DNA of 64,000 nucleotides from Amoeboaphelidium protococcarum X5 (lineage: Eukaryota; Fungi; Aphelidiomycota), in assembly GCA_023515725.1 (NCBI GenBank), contig JALDTO010000158.1:425268-489267 (forward strand), given 5' to 3'. The translations under genes and the position numbers were made by a program. This document shows positions 25,101 to 38,336 of this stretch, one piece after another. The notes below the pieces were generated by a model, which worked only from the letters and a program-made list of their open reading frames with translations, searched no databases and was not told the DNA's origin. Positions within the stretch are counted from its first letter, which is position 1; each line of letters opens with the position of its first letter.

Positions 25101-26245
25101 CTGGCAGTAATATACTCAAGGTGGAGAAAGACAATTCGACTATTGTATATGCAGCTGACTAAAGATCAATGAATATTATAAAGCAGATTTCTTTAGGTTC
25201 CGTAGAGCTCCGGTAAAATAGGCAGCTCACAGATATTGTCAACTCAGTGTACATGGAGCTAAAAGATCAGGTCAAGGTTTTGTATAAATTTGCTATAATC
25301 AGCGACATTAATGTAAATCTCACAATGTTGAAGAAGGACGCGATAGACATTGTTTTGAGCTGCTATGTTGTTGGTCTATTTTCGATATCCATGTCTTATT
25401 ATGAGGCGCTGCAAGAGAAAGTGAGGTTCTCACTTTTGTCTGATGATGAAAAGAATAACTAGAATGCTGATAATTGTGGTATGTCTAACACATCATTCAA
25501 TGATATACCCCTTGGTAAGAGCACCACCGTTTAAACTCTAAATCCTCTGATGCGATACTCATTGTTTTAACCTGTTACCCAAGAATAGCCCATTATCACG
25601 CCACTGTCTCACGTTCCTGGTCGACTGATTACATCGCACATTGACAGGATATGTATCTGTCTGATTAATGAGGATCTAAATGTCCATATGCGTGGTGGGC
25701 AGAGTGGATTTGGATTTCATTTTGAGAATTATTCACAAAATCAGAATGCTGCCTCATCTTCAGGTGGTGGGAGGTAAAACAGTTCAAGTGGAGCTTTGGC
25801 GTTTCCTAAAAAGTTGCTTCTTCTACCCCTGCTTGGTCAGTCATCCTCTAATGCTGTGGTGCGATAAGAGGATGATTTGAATATTTTTATTGGATAATCT
25901 GCCGCTGATATTTTCGCAATGGTAAGCGCACACTGTACCAGTCTAGATGGAGATGCGGTGTGTTCATTCAAAATGGAGGTGTGTGCTGTTAAAGAGGAAG
26001 GAAATGGTAATCGGGCTTACTCTTTGATTTGCATTTCAGGCGATGTTGTCACTTTAGCGGATTAGAACCATTCTCCACAGCGCTCAGCTGATGATTCTGC
26101 TAGACCGTCAGAAGGACGCAATGAATATGGCTTGAAGGAGCCTGTTGGTGTCAAGGCTACAGATTTGAAGAATAACTCTGTTTTTGTGGACAGCTTTTGT
26201 CAAGTTGACATGATAAACGCCATGTGGTCTACTTTTGCGCGCTGA
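22139..26245 (+). CDS. C2CD5: C2 domain-containing protein 5 homolog (1368 aa)
   Basis: MPCILKIKVVAARDLPVMDKSSDNTDSYVEI, DPEYHWADSFRSPRISNEAR, GGIVSAKSVKL, RDAWWDELREEI and LPFIDYEIHRQLLMKL; single frame, with an N/G-rich insert inside the C2 domain. Confidence 0.9.
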
Positions 26246-26623
26246 ATAAGAGAAACTATTTTGTTTTATAATGGCCTGCACTAAGTGGCGCAGTATTAAT
26301 AGCAAACTCACACATAGTTTACAAGTCATTTTGTTGAAGTCGAGATTGATTGAACATCGATCTCATTTTACTTTAAAAGTATTGTAATGTATTAATATAT
26401 CAGAGTTTTAAATTGATTAATCAATACAGAATTGAGCTTTTCGATGCGAATAAATGTAATAAGTCTTACTATCAGGGGCTATTCCTATTTTGTTGCGTGA
26501 CTCGGATTATTGATCAAGGGATATAATTTGACTGCTGCGCCATTTTCCATAGATTCCCTAGTTCTCGATATAGCTTATTTGTGAACTATATCCTCTGATA
26601 TAAGTATATCTGCATATATAGAA

Positions 26624-27796
26624 ATGAATTTTAGATCCAATTGGTATTCCGTGTGTACTAGCGATAATCTTCCGGCCGGGTAAGTGGCTGGCATGAGATT
26701 GCTAGGTGATCCTATCTGTCTATTCCGAACGGCTAAGAGTGGACGCGTCGGCTGCCTGGTTGATCGTGATGAGTCTCGTGGTGAACAATTGAGTCTAGGA
26801 CGCGTCGAAGGAGAGCACCTTCAGTCCAAATATCAAGGTTGGGAGTATGATCTGACCGGACGCGTCGTCAAGATTCCTTAGGTCACTGACGAGGAATGCA
26901 AGACGATGAACGTGTCTGTCTACGCGTATCCTTGCTGGGAACAAGGCGGTCGCATTTGGGTGTGGCCTGGCGAAAAGTCAGAGGCTAATGTGAACCTGAT
27001 TCCTGATGTGTCTGCAATGGTGCCACCGAGTGGATGGAGTCTATTGTACAACCAACATTGGGACGCCAATATCTGTCCGCTCCTGACTGTCGAGTCTAAC
27101 ACCAACGTGTCTCATGGTCCATTTGTTCATCATGGCACCGTGTCTAATCGTAAGTAGGCTTAAGTGCTACATCCGGTGAACTCTGAATTTGATCTTGGTC
27201 CAGTGCTGGGTCCTAAATTTGCCAAGTAGACTGGTTACAAGTCCCGCACAACTTTGGCCGATGGCACTACTTTTGAGCAGGTTCTCTTGCCTTCTTTCCA
27301 GGTGGCTCTGACTTAGGAGCAGAATGGGAGTCCAATGGTACGTGTTATGATGCAGATCGTTCCAGTGAGTAAGAACCACACTCGCTTCATCACTTGTACC
27401 TATGTCTAGATTGGCAGTCCGCTGTATTACATCAGCAAGATTCCTGGCATGAAGTTTATCATGAAATGGGTAGCTGACAAGGGATTCTTCCAAGATTATG
27501 AAGTTATTCGCTCCCAGATGCTGAACAGCCGCAAAGGTGTTCACTCGCTCAAGAATCCCGATGCATGCGACTACCTGACTGTGGTTGTAAAGTAGATGGT
27601 GGCTGATGGGATGGCGATGAAGTATAACTGCATCAAGCAGGGCGATTATGAGCTGAAGTTGAATAGTTTCTGGTTCAGCGGATGGAAGTGCACCACCAAG
27701 ACTGACGCGTTGAATGACGGCCTAGTTGTAGATCCTTCCGAGGATGGCGACTACAAGCCGACTCCGCTGCCTGGAATCAACAGTAGTCTATACTGA
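26624..27796 (+). CDS. Rieske non-heme iron oxygenase-like protein (CAO/PAO/VanA-like architecture) lacking Rieske ligands
   Basis: NWYSV, LLGDPICLFR, LSLGRVEG, GWEYD..G....IP, YPCWEQGGRIWVWPG and ESNTNVSHGPFVH. Confidence 0.85.
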
Positions 27797-28087
27797 TTAA
27801 CACAGTTTCTAGAAAAAATCATGAAGTAACACGAATTTTAATAATTGAAATATAATAAATGTTTTCCATCTATTTAATTATTTCTTTACTTGAATGGATT
27901 ATTATATAAACGCGGTAAAGCTTTCAAGCCGTTTCGTTCTGTCGGCATGTGATCCTTAAGAGCTTCCATCCTTTCCATTTAACGGAATTGCTGAGTTAAC
28001 GCCGCTTATTATTCTAGTTGAATTACACTTGATTTATTATAATATTAGTCTGAAATATTTATATTATATTGATTTTCTATGTACATT

Positions 28088-31000
28088 ATGGGAAATGATG
28101 ATGATGATGAAAATGAGCCTATGCTGACTCCATTCCAAAAGGCCAAGATGCATTTCCGAAAGATGGAAGAGGAGTAGTCGCAACCATCCTCAACGTAATA
28201 ATCTTCAGTTTCCTCTAGCAGTACAAGTCTGCCGTTATCCAGATCTGGAGATCGGAGTAGATAGCGGTCTATGGGCAATCTATATACTTAATAAAGCGGT
28301 GTTTCGTAATAGTCAGATGTTACATCTTCTAGGACCGCTCTACCTAAAAGTGTCAGCCATGATAATGTGACTGTGCAGAGTGCTATTCGATAACTCAAAC
28401 TTGGATCGCAATTCAATACAAACTTAAGTGGTGATAGTAGCAGTAGTGGAAGTAATATTAATACTAATAATAAGGCCAATTATGCTATTGATCCATTCTC
28501 TGATGAATTCGCCGTTAGTACATCCAACACCTCTGCCAGTAACAGTAGAAATAGTCTTCGGGTGAAGACTTCTAGTTAAATCTCTCTGAATAATAGCAAA
28601 GATGGCCTTGATGATAGTGGGAGTAGAGTTTATTTAAGAAAAACTAATAATACTGTGAGTAGTAGCAGTGGCGATAGCATTAATAAGCCATCTCTACCAC
28701 CTCGACCTAATAATGACAGTTCTCCTATGGCCATTGGCACTTCTTAATCATCATCCAGTCGCAATGTTATTAATCGACCACCTCTCCCGGCGCGTCCTAA
28801 AATATCATCCACTGAATTTCTGAATATCGTCAGTTTGCCATCATCTGCTGCATCTTCTCCTCTATTCGCTGGTGGTGGATAGTAAGTGTTCGATTTAAAT
28901 TCTGGATAGTCACCTGGAGTGGCGTCATCACAAGCTGCAAGTAATGCTAGTAATAAATCAAGTGGAGTGACTCAATCTTATAAAAGCTCTTTAGAAAAGA
29001 CGGCCGCATACCCGGATGCTTTCAATGCCAATAGAAAGACTCCCTATGTTAGGACACCGTCATGTATTAAGGAGCTGAGTGTTAAAGGTTCCCCGTACCG
29101 CGCAGCAATTGGTAGAGGATATCTGGCTGTTGGCTCACAGACACTAAAGTTGTACAATTTGCAGACTGGAGATTTGGCTTTTACAGTCTAGCTTAATGTT
29201 TAATCGTCATCATCCTCTAATTAATCCTCATCTCTTGGATCATCTTCCAATTAAGGTAGTTCATCATCATAGTCGAAGCAGCAGGAGTCAGCTAAATGTT
29301 CAGCTCTATGCTTCGCCACTGTTCCAATTCTACCTGGACACTCTGGATCTCAGTTGAATGCATGGGATACTGAATATCGATACCTGTGGGTAGGTGCTCG
29401 TGATGGTGAAGTTTACATTGTGGATGTATTCAGTGGGGAAATTGTGGAGCGGCGGTCCAGTGCTCACTCTCATGCGATTACATTTATTGAGCGCGTGGTG
29501 TTTACCAGCAGTGTTAATAATAGCTAGAGCTGTGGTATGTTGACGATAGATGATAATGGGGTGGCTTAATTATGGACTGAGCCTCATCCTTCTTCCGTCT
29601 AGCTGTTTAACATTCCGGCACTGTAAGCAGCAGCCACGTTGACTTCATAGTCATCTGCAAAGACTATTCATTTTGGAAAGATTATCAGCTTGGAAGGTCG
29701 TCCTAAGACTATTCGTATTGCACCGAAATAGGTTGGTGTCTGCATTGTTTAGTCATAGAATTAAGATTCTTTGTAGTTTCAGACTCAATTATGGACCATC
29801 AAAGATCGTTCTATTGAAATTGTACCTCTCTCAACTGCCAATGCGCACTAATTCAGTAGAGATTCCATGTCGAGGCGTGTTGAAGTTCCTTAAACGGTCG
29901 GTGCTCTCACCTGCATCTCCTCCCCATAACAGACTTACTAATTACTACATTCTTTGTCGTCAGCGTAGCATACTATTCTTAGTAGAGTTTATACTGGTCA
30001 TATTGATGGTAAAATTTTGGAATGGTCAACCAGTAGTTCTGAATAGTAGTAGCAAGCAGCGATACGGCTTATTGACATGGGATCGTACAGAATATCTGCC
30101 CTGCTTAATACAATTGATGGTCATCTCTGGGTTGGTACCGGAACTGGTCGATGCTCCATCCTTGATGTGTCTGCCACTACTCAATAGGATTCTGGATAAT
30201 TTTCTGTTACTTGCTTGAAAGATTGGATAGCTTCTCATGGGCACGCCGTTGAGAGTTTTGAAGTTGATTTTGACTCTTTAATACGTGGCGATTCTCTCCT
30301 CGTGAGCTCCTGTTCAAAGGATGGACATGTCTAGTTTTATGATGGTCTACTCAGCTAAGATTATGAAGACATGTTTGTCAGGATGAGGGAATAGCAATTC
30401 TGTACTTATACTCCGTTATCACTTTTAATGTGTTCCTGGAATATTGATGCAAATAAGCCTGATGCTTTGGAAGTAAGGGGCGAGGATGCATACTTTCTCG
30501 ACAAGTACGTTAATCAGGTGGAAGGTGGTGCGGATATAATTGTTTTTGGATTCCAAGAGATTGTGGACTTGGAGAGCACTAAAGTTGCTGCAGGTGGATT
30601 TTTCTCCCGAGCTTCTGGTAAGAAGGCCTCGGCGGATCAAGTGCAATCAATGTCTGCTGAGGAAGCTAGTTAGCAAGCCAGTCGGGCAACAGCATGGAAG
30701 GATAGGCTGGTGCGATTACTACGTTAGAATTACAAGCGCCCTTACCATTTGTTAGAATGCAAGAATCTGGTGGGATTGTTTACATGTATCTTTGTTCGAG
30801 AAGATTTATACGCTTAGAATCTTATCTCCAATGTTAGTTGCAGTCTAATTAGTACCGGTCTTGGTGGTACCTTTGGTAATAAGGGTGGTATCGTGGTACG
30901 ATTTGTCCTTGATCATTCTTCTTTCTGCTTTGTCAATGCTCATCTCCCCGCTCATCAGAATAAAGTGGCCAAGCGTAACGTCGATGCCCTGACTATTGTG

Positions 31001-31732
31001 AAATCATCTACGCTGGGTGAATTAAAGTCCAAGGCTGGTTAGTCGCTGGACTTATGTCTTTCGCATGGTGGGAATGGTTGTTAGGCTTTAGATCATGAAT
31101 TTTGCTTCTTTGCTGGAGATCTTAATTACAGAATTGACATGGACCGAGACAAGGTGGTGTAGCTGATTAATGATGGATAGTTGGAGGAATTGAAGTTACA
31201 TGATTAGTTATTACGATAGAAAAAGTAATCAAGCACCGCTTCTCTGTTGAAGATTTTTGATGAAGGTGTCATTAACTTCGCGCCCACTTACAAGTATGAT
31301 CCTGGAACTGATATTTATGACACTAGTGAGAAGAAGCGCGTTCCTGCCTGGTGCGACCGTATTCTCTTCAGAGATAGTATCTCTTAAATGTCCAAAGTCA
31401 GGCCCGATGTTTCGTGTCGAATGCATAACCAGGAGTCAAAGATACGGCAAGAGAAGTACGGTCGATTGGAATGCTGGATATCTGATCACAGGCCTATTTA
31501 TTCAGCCTTTAATGTTCACTACCGATCTATGCAGTCTGTTGAAAAGTTTAATTTTGTCAAGCTGGAATCTCAGCAGTATTCAGTGGACCGAATGGCTGAA
31601 GTTTAATTGAACTGTAAAGTGAATTGGCTCAAGTGTCGTCTGCCTAACAATGTCACTGAATCAGATGTTCGACGAGTATTGCAGAGTTGTAATGGCGATT
31701 TGGGCGAAGTGTTGCGTAAATTTGAATAATGA
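28088..31732 (+). CDS. Inositol polyphosphate 5-phosphatase with upstream Ser/Pro-rich and WD40-like regions (1214 aa)
   Basis: [54 protein letters not shown] and SDHRPI. Confidence 0.92.
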
Positions 31733-31801
31733 TTAGTTATTATTTGTTAAAATAGACTTAGCGTGTATACTGTTTAAGTTTATATTATCTCACATAGTTA
31801 G

Positions 31802-32896
31802 TCAAGCCCTTTCAATAAAAGTATCCGATATCCATGTTATCTGCTAAAGGTACTTCTCTTTGACGGCGCTTTCTTGTTTATTCTGCTCGCGTTCGATCAG
31901 TTTCAGACGCGTCTCCAGCTTTTCCATTGCATAACCAGCGTATTACTAGATCTTGATCTGCTCAAATGCAGTTGGCTCAATAACACTAAATGATATCCCA
32001 CGTTTGATCATCTACAGAATGTTCATATCCTCCAAAGACAACTCCTTTATTAAGAAATGAAATTCCCTCTTCTTGAGCACAGCTTTATCCCTTCTCTTAC
32101 TTTTAGATGAAGATTCTGAATTTGCAGCAGTATTCTTCGAGGTGGCAGAGCTCTTGCGTCGCCGAGGCATCTCAGTTGTAGTAGGAGCAAATCGCCAGTT
32201 ATGATACGCGATCAACGGGTACTCATCAGGATGAACTAGTCGCAAAATTCGCCGCCGAGTAACTGTGGAGTATTTTCTTTATTTCTACGGCGTTTGATAC
32301 TCATCGCCCAGTTTCAATGACATTTCTCTCTGCTTCTCCTCAACGAATGCACACTCATAAAGTCCAAACACGTCATAGTTGTATAGATCTACGCCCGTGC
32401 ACCTTAAAACATTCTTCACAGTGTCACGGCAAGTCATTCGGTAATTGACAGTATCAAAAATTTCCACTGTGGCAATGTCAGCATCTTGTACTTGTAACGT
32501 GGCCATCTGAGAATTTCTACGCTCAGAATTTGTGCTTTCTGACGCGGTATCATTAGTGCTGTCTTTGTCATCACCTGCCAAGCATTCTCCTCTGGTATCC
32601 ATTCCAAAAGTTATAGTGTCTGGATGCTGCACATAAAACTTGATGTTCATCGCCAATAGATTACATACCTGATCATGCTTGGTTTAGTTGTTTTCCATGG
32701 CAGGATTGAGGATATTGATATTCTGTCCATTATGACTTTAATTTCTCTGTGGCGCCATTGGAGTCTGTTGAGACGGTTGTTGTTGTTGTTGTTTCACCTC
32801 ACATTGTTTCATCTATGGCGAAGACGCTTTCACTGACGATTATTAGGATAAGTAAGTGGCCATGAAATCATCCATACTATCATTAGTAGTAGACAT
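31802..32896 (-). CDS. Ras-association domain protein with C-terminal SARAH-like helix (RASSF-like)
   Basis: RA pattern TCRDTVKNVL...FGLYE...LRLVHPDEYPL; C-terminus YAMEKLETRLKLIEREQNKQESAVKEKYLQQITWISDTFIERA. Confidence 0.6.
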
Positions 32897-33102
32897 TATT
32901 GTGGTATGAGCTTGCTGTTCAGTATTGTAGCTTCTCTTCACTTGAAAGAAATTGTATTCAGCCTCAATGGCCAAGGCACCATTTGATCTGAGTATGCTGA
33001 TTGGCCACGTTCCTATTACACTTCAAGGCTAAATTTAACTGTGGATAGACCGCTCTTACTTTATTATTATTCTTGGTTACTTTAACACAAAATCAGTATA
33101 AC

Positions 33103-34986
33103 ATGTTGGATCAGGATATTTGGATTCGTTACGTGTATACTGCGGTATGTTTGCCGTTGACAACTGTGGCATTGATAGCAGTAATGGCGTGCGCTGCTGC
33201 TATTAACGTTATCAGGCTTTATGACGATGAAACACAGTATATCACTTTTGTGCTGACGTCTATTCTAACACAACTAGGTATCGTAAATATGTTTATATCG
33301 ACTTACGCATTTGGTATGGCTTATCAATATGTTACATCTTGGAATCGTAGGTGGAAACTTTACGTGAAAGAGTTTGTCGGATACTACGTGTTCCTTGCCT
33401 TGATCAGTTATTCTGCATATTTAGATGTCTTACCTAGAGCATGGCTATTAACACTTCATTCGACAGTGGCTGCAATTTATATATATCTGGTAAGGCCTTT
33501 AATATTTCGTCCAGATTTTGTCGAAGCTGAGCACAATCCAATGCTGGCCTTGTTTGAACATGATGAATTTTGCTGTCGCAATGAGACTCCTCTGTTTCGC
33601 TTATCTGCTGGTCACGATCATTTTCACCAGTAATCATAGAAGAAGTCACGCGATGGAGCAACAGACTCGGGATATACCAGGTAAATTTTATCCTTTATTA
33701 AGTCAAGACTGAGGCTTCCACAGTCATTTAGTGGTATTGAAAGAGCTATATTGGGTATGGTAATTGTAAAAGTCCTCACTTCTTGGACTGTTTATGTTTG
33801 GAGTATTGATCTTAGTGCCGTGCTTTTATTTCCTATCAGTATTGCTGCCTGGTTCATGTGGCTCGAGAGGGAGCAGCATTTTTATCGCGACTTTAGTTAT
33901 ACTTGGTTCTTGCTTATAATGCCTGAGTTTTATCTGAATATATTGGCATCCATATACTTTTAGGCTAATAGCTTCATTACAGCTGGCGACACGTCGAATC
34001 AAATTGCCGTCCTCATTGTGTATGAAATGCTAGTGTCTATCGTGTCAAAAATATTTTACCATCTAGTGCTTAATGTCGCTTCTTAGAAAGAGTAGGCACC
34101 GGTATTGCTATTTCCTGTTTATCTATATCAATATCTGATTCAGTTCTTTCTGCTTCTGTCTGTTAAAGAGTTTAAAAGTCCTGCATTCTGGATTTCTGTG
34201 AGTATTGCTGTGGCGTTCAATGTTATTGACATTACTGGAGCAGCGACGGAGATTTTTATGTAGGTGTAAAAGAAGCTTCGTAAAGATGATGTTGGAATTC
34301 AATTTGGCTTCTAAAGTCGCGGTGATTAGTTACAAGTAAAGTCCATGAGCGTTAAGAATGAAATCGCGAATGCCTAGATTGTAATCAAAAGTTCACGTCT
34401 GGATTCGGATTCAACCGAGACTGTGATTGATTAAAGCTATGATGCAGAAGCGGACAAAGATGATATTGCGGGGTACTATCTGAAAAAGTCCTATACATAC
34501 GCTCTGATAACGATGCAAGTCAAGTCTGTGAGTATTCTTATAGCTGGATTAATTGGCGCAAGTATTTCTTTCATGGATCTCAGGTCACTATATCTACTGA
34601 ATCTCATATCGAAACTTCCATTTGATCTGAAAGGGACAGCCTGCGTGTATCTATGTAACCATCTGGATCAAAGTCTGACCGAGAGAATCGTTGTAATCGT
34701 CGTGTCTTACATTATCATTGCGTCTATTGCCATTGCATTGTGCATTTTCAAAATGTCAAAGAGATTTAACGGTGCATAGTCTTTGCCATAGATTGAGAAT
34801 AGCATCGATGTAAAGCATTAAAGCGAAAGATTAAGGATTTAGATGCTATAGAATGCTTTGGAGGTAATCGGCTTGTCTAAAGGTCATTTATCACGTCAAT
34901 TTGGTAATGGTAATCATCTACTCTATTTCGTTTGCGTGATTACGCATGCTAGCTGGTCTTTTCTGTCATACTTACAGTAACGTTGA
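33103..34986 (+). CDS. Uncharacterised multi-pass membrane protein (about 627 aa)
   Basis: Three ORF-track fragments share one frame joined through TAR codons; many hydrophobic segments; start codon uncertain. Confidence 0.7.
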
Positions 34987-35066
34987 TATAAACTGGCAAT
35001 AAGAGAAAAACAAATAGAGAAATGTGTTAATGAGTTAATGAATAATTCATTATTCAGAGAAAGCTA

Positions 35067-35666
35067 TCAATTTTCAACCATTTTCTGCACAAAGTAGGCG
35101 GCCCACTCAACCATGTACATGGATCTGATCTGCAGAAGCGTCTCCTTGTGCTTATTGTCGGCAGGATCGAAATTTGGCACTTGTTTCACCTCTTAATCGC
35201 TCAGCATTTCGTTGATGCGTTGATCAAATTCTTCCTTTTTGAAATCCTGCTCTTTACCCATCACTATCATCTTGAGCAAGTGACCAATACTTTCGCTTTC
35301 ATGTCCAGCATCACCATTGAAAGTGCTGTACTGGCTAGCAGCTCGCGCACAATCAAAAAAGTGATCCAAGCAGAATCTCAGCGTCACCTCCCACTGATTC
35401 CATTGCTTCTTCGGGATTCGAGTCTGCACTGAGGACAAGACGTGAGCCTGAACGCGCTTGACAAAGCTTTGTCTCACAGCCACACTCCATTCGTTCCACC
35501 TCTTCTCAACCATATCGAGGCTCCGTTGCAATTCAGGATTAAGCTTATCATCATTACTCTTATCCTGCTTCTTTAGCTAGCGCACATTGATGATTTGCTG
35601 GGCGATCGATGCATTTTACTGCACCTATTACACACTCTGCACTTGATCTTGAGTTTGCGAAGACAT
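35067..35666 (-). CDS. Uncharacterised protein (199 aa)
   Basis: ATG-to-TGA frame containing ORF 35193-35531, with protein-like composition. Confidence 0.65.
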
Positions 35667-36058
35667 TTTTGGTATGGCAATTTTATATGGCAATTATAGA
35701 TTGTAAATTTCGTATTTGCTACTATTAAAGTAAGACTGTTATATTGACAAAAGGATGATGATAGAATGTAATAACTAAGTTTGTGGTTGTTTCGAGTACA
35801 ATTTACTGCTGGCCAATCACCTACGATCTTATAAATAGCCTGATTAGGCTCAATCTAAGCCGAGCGTTGACAAGTTCTGAGTAAAAGCCACTATAAACGG
35901 ATGCTCGTCTAGTACTCTGTCAAATAATGGGTTAAACTTTTCCAATGAGATAAATGTGAAAACTACTTTTGGCATTGCAGATTTACTATGCAATGTATGC
36001 CAGATACAATCACAAGACAAATGAGCGCAACCAGAGAATATAATTTATCTTCATAAAT

Positions 36059-36595
36059 TCAACACATAACTAGCAGAATAATAGTTGATAAAGCTGCAGT
36101 AAGAGAGCGATGCAAAAGTGAGTTAGATGCACCATTCGAGGGGTCGGTCACGTTGCGCCCACATGGTCCGATGCATTACTGAGGTGCAGGAGGCCGTGCA
36201 ACAGTGGATGCATTGCCAGTAGCAGTACCAATAATTTAAAATGGAGAGCCATAATCATAATCTGGCTGGGCATTACCTACAGCATTATTATAACTGATTC
36301 TGATACTGTAAGTGGAAGTGAATAGATAATCAGGCACCGTCCAACCGCAATAAGTAGATTATGGAGATAGCGCATTGCAAAGAGTAGTCACGTACACAAC
36401 CTTCGATGGTGGTCCTGTGATTAATTCAACAGACAAAAAATTGGCAGCAGGACCTCCTTCATTAATTTGCCAACGAACACCCACTTGTTAATTCACCTGC
36501 CAAGTAGTATTCTGACCAGGATCAATGACCGCGTAACGCGCATAGACGTGAGAGAGTAGAAGCAAGGAAGCCACCAACAACGATTGCATGATCAT
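36059..36595 (-). CDS. Putative GPI-anchored surface protein with Kre9/Knh1-like N-terminal Ig-like domain
   Basis: Signal peptide, then P...TTWQVNQQVGVRW, VELITG, WTVPD...YSIRI and YGSPFQI; hydrophobic C-terminal tail after SNGAS. Absent from the ORF track. Confidence 0.7.
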
Positions 36596-36858
36596 TTCTT
36601 TAATACTAAATAGGCAAAGTGATGAACTAAAAAATAATCCAACTAAAATTTCAATTAAAAAGTAAAGTGAAATGGACTATAATTGTTCAAGGGGCTTTGT
36701 CGTTAGAGCATATCGCGATCACTTGTTTCAGACCCTGAAAATTCTGAAATTCACCTACTGTCTGTCACCTCTCAATGTTGATAGACTACTGCAATGTCTT
36801 AAGCATTTATATTTGTTATAACATAGCTTATATTTTGTTAATTTTAAATATAATTAAG

Positions 36859-37818
36859 TCATTGAGCAATTTCAATCACAATTTTACCCTTCACCTTTCT
36901 GTCCTCTAGATATTTGAACGCTTCGACAGTGTCTTCAAACTTAAAAACCTTGTCTACATAAGGCTTGATCGCGGAGGACTCTGCTAATGATTTCATCTCA
37001 TCCAGCTCTTTTCTAGAATTACTAGCCGTAAACTGGACACAATTCTTTGTCCATGCACACTGAACTAGAGGATACATACCACCACCACCCACAACGTACG
37101 TACCAATCTTCTTTAGGAGTGGTAACAAACGCTGAACGGAATCATAACATGCCATGTCCAGGATTACATCAAACTTCTCCGTCAACTTTGTTACATCTTC
37201 TTTGTCGTAGCAGATAACAGAATCAGCACCGAGTCCCTTGATCATATCCGCCTTCGAACTCTGACCAACTGCAACAACATATGCACCATAGTGCTTAGCA
37301 ATTTGAACGGCAAAGGATCCAACGCCGCTAGATGCACCATTAATCAGCACTTTGTCCCCTTTCTTAACTTTACCGTGGTCTCTCAAAGCCTACAATGCAG
37401 TAACACATGCTTCTGGAATACAAGCGGCCTACTTGAAATCCAGATTAGACGGCTTAAGGGAGAAGAGTTTCTCCGGTTTACAGACGTATTCGCTCAGGCT
37501 GCCCATATTTGCACTTGAAATGTCACCCCAAATCTGATCACCGACTTTTAAATCTTTAACTTTAGACCCGACAGCCTCAACTACACCAGCAACATCAGAT
37601 CCTAATATCTTTATGCTTGGACTAGAAAAGCCGAAAACTAAGCGGATCATCCAAGGATCAGCCTTTAACAGACGCAGATCAGAAGAGTTTAAAGATACTG
37701 CATGTACTTTCACCAGCACTTCGTCCTCTTTAGGAATCGGCTTATCAATCTTCTTCATGTACAAAGCATCAGGACCTCCATATCTATCCCGCCATATCGC
37801 TCTTATCTGCTCTTGCAT
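36859..37818 (-). CDS. MDR-family NAD(P)-dependent oxidoreductase (quinone reductase-like)
   Basis: YGGPD, EVLVKVHAVSLN, LGSDVAGVVEAVG, VLINGASSGVGSFAVQIAK and GKIVI. Confidence 0.9.
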
Positions 37819-38317
37819 TATTTTTAACGTTTTACCTGACACTGTTGCTTGTTGCTTTACTTTCTTTAATAGTGAAAGCAGCTCAATTGTTTGTTTGTTT
37901 CAAAGAAGGTTCGTTATGCATCGATCCTTCATGCCATCCCACGTAGCAACACTAAATCTCAAACATCGATCATTGTCATTGTAGATGAATATATCAAACA
38001 TTAAGAATGGTAAAATACAATGATATGAATGCAATGAAGATACTGTTGCAACTCGAGTAAAAAACGCCACAATTTAAATTAACAAGATTGCACCACATTT
38101 ACTCTTAATGTGGCAAAACTAAGCGGAATCTGCCGCGCCCATGTAATAATGAAACAATCAAGCTGAAAAATCCAGCAGTGTAAATTCAACGTATAGGCTG
38201 CAGTAAGAAATATGAAACACAGAATATTCTGTATGTATAAACTATGTGTGCATTTATGACTGTATGCAATGGATGTGATTACAATTACAATGAGGCGCAG
38301 CAATAGAAGATTATGAA

Positions 38318-38336
38318 GTGTGTGTGTGTGTGTGTG
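38318..38336. repeat. (GT)n microsatellite
   Basis: Perfect GT run upstream of the zinc-finger gene. Confidence 0.9.

Noticed and set aside
35755-35845. ATGATGA...CTGA C/D-like pair
   Set aside because: No convincing terminal stem, and the short rRNA complement is not adjacent to a D or D' box.
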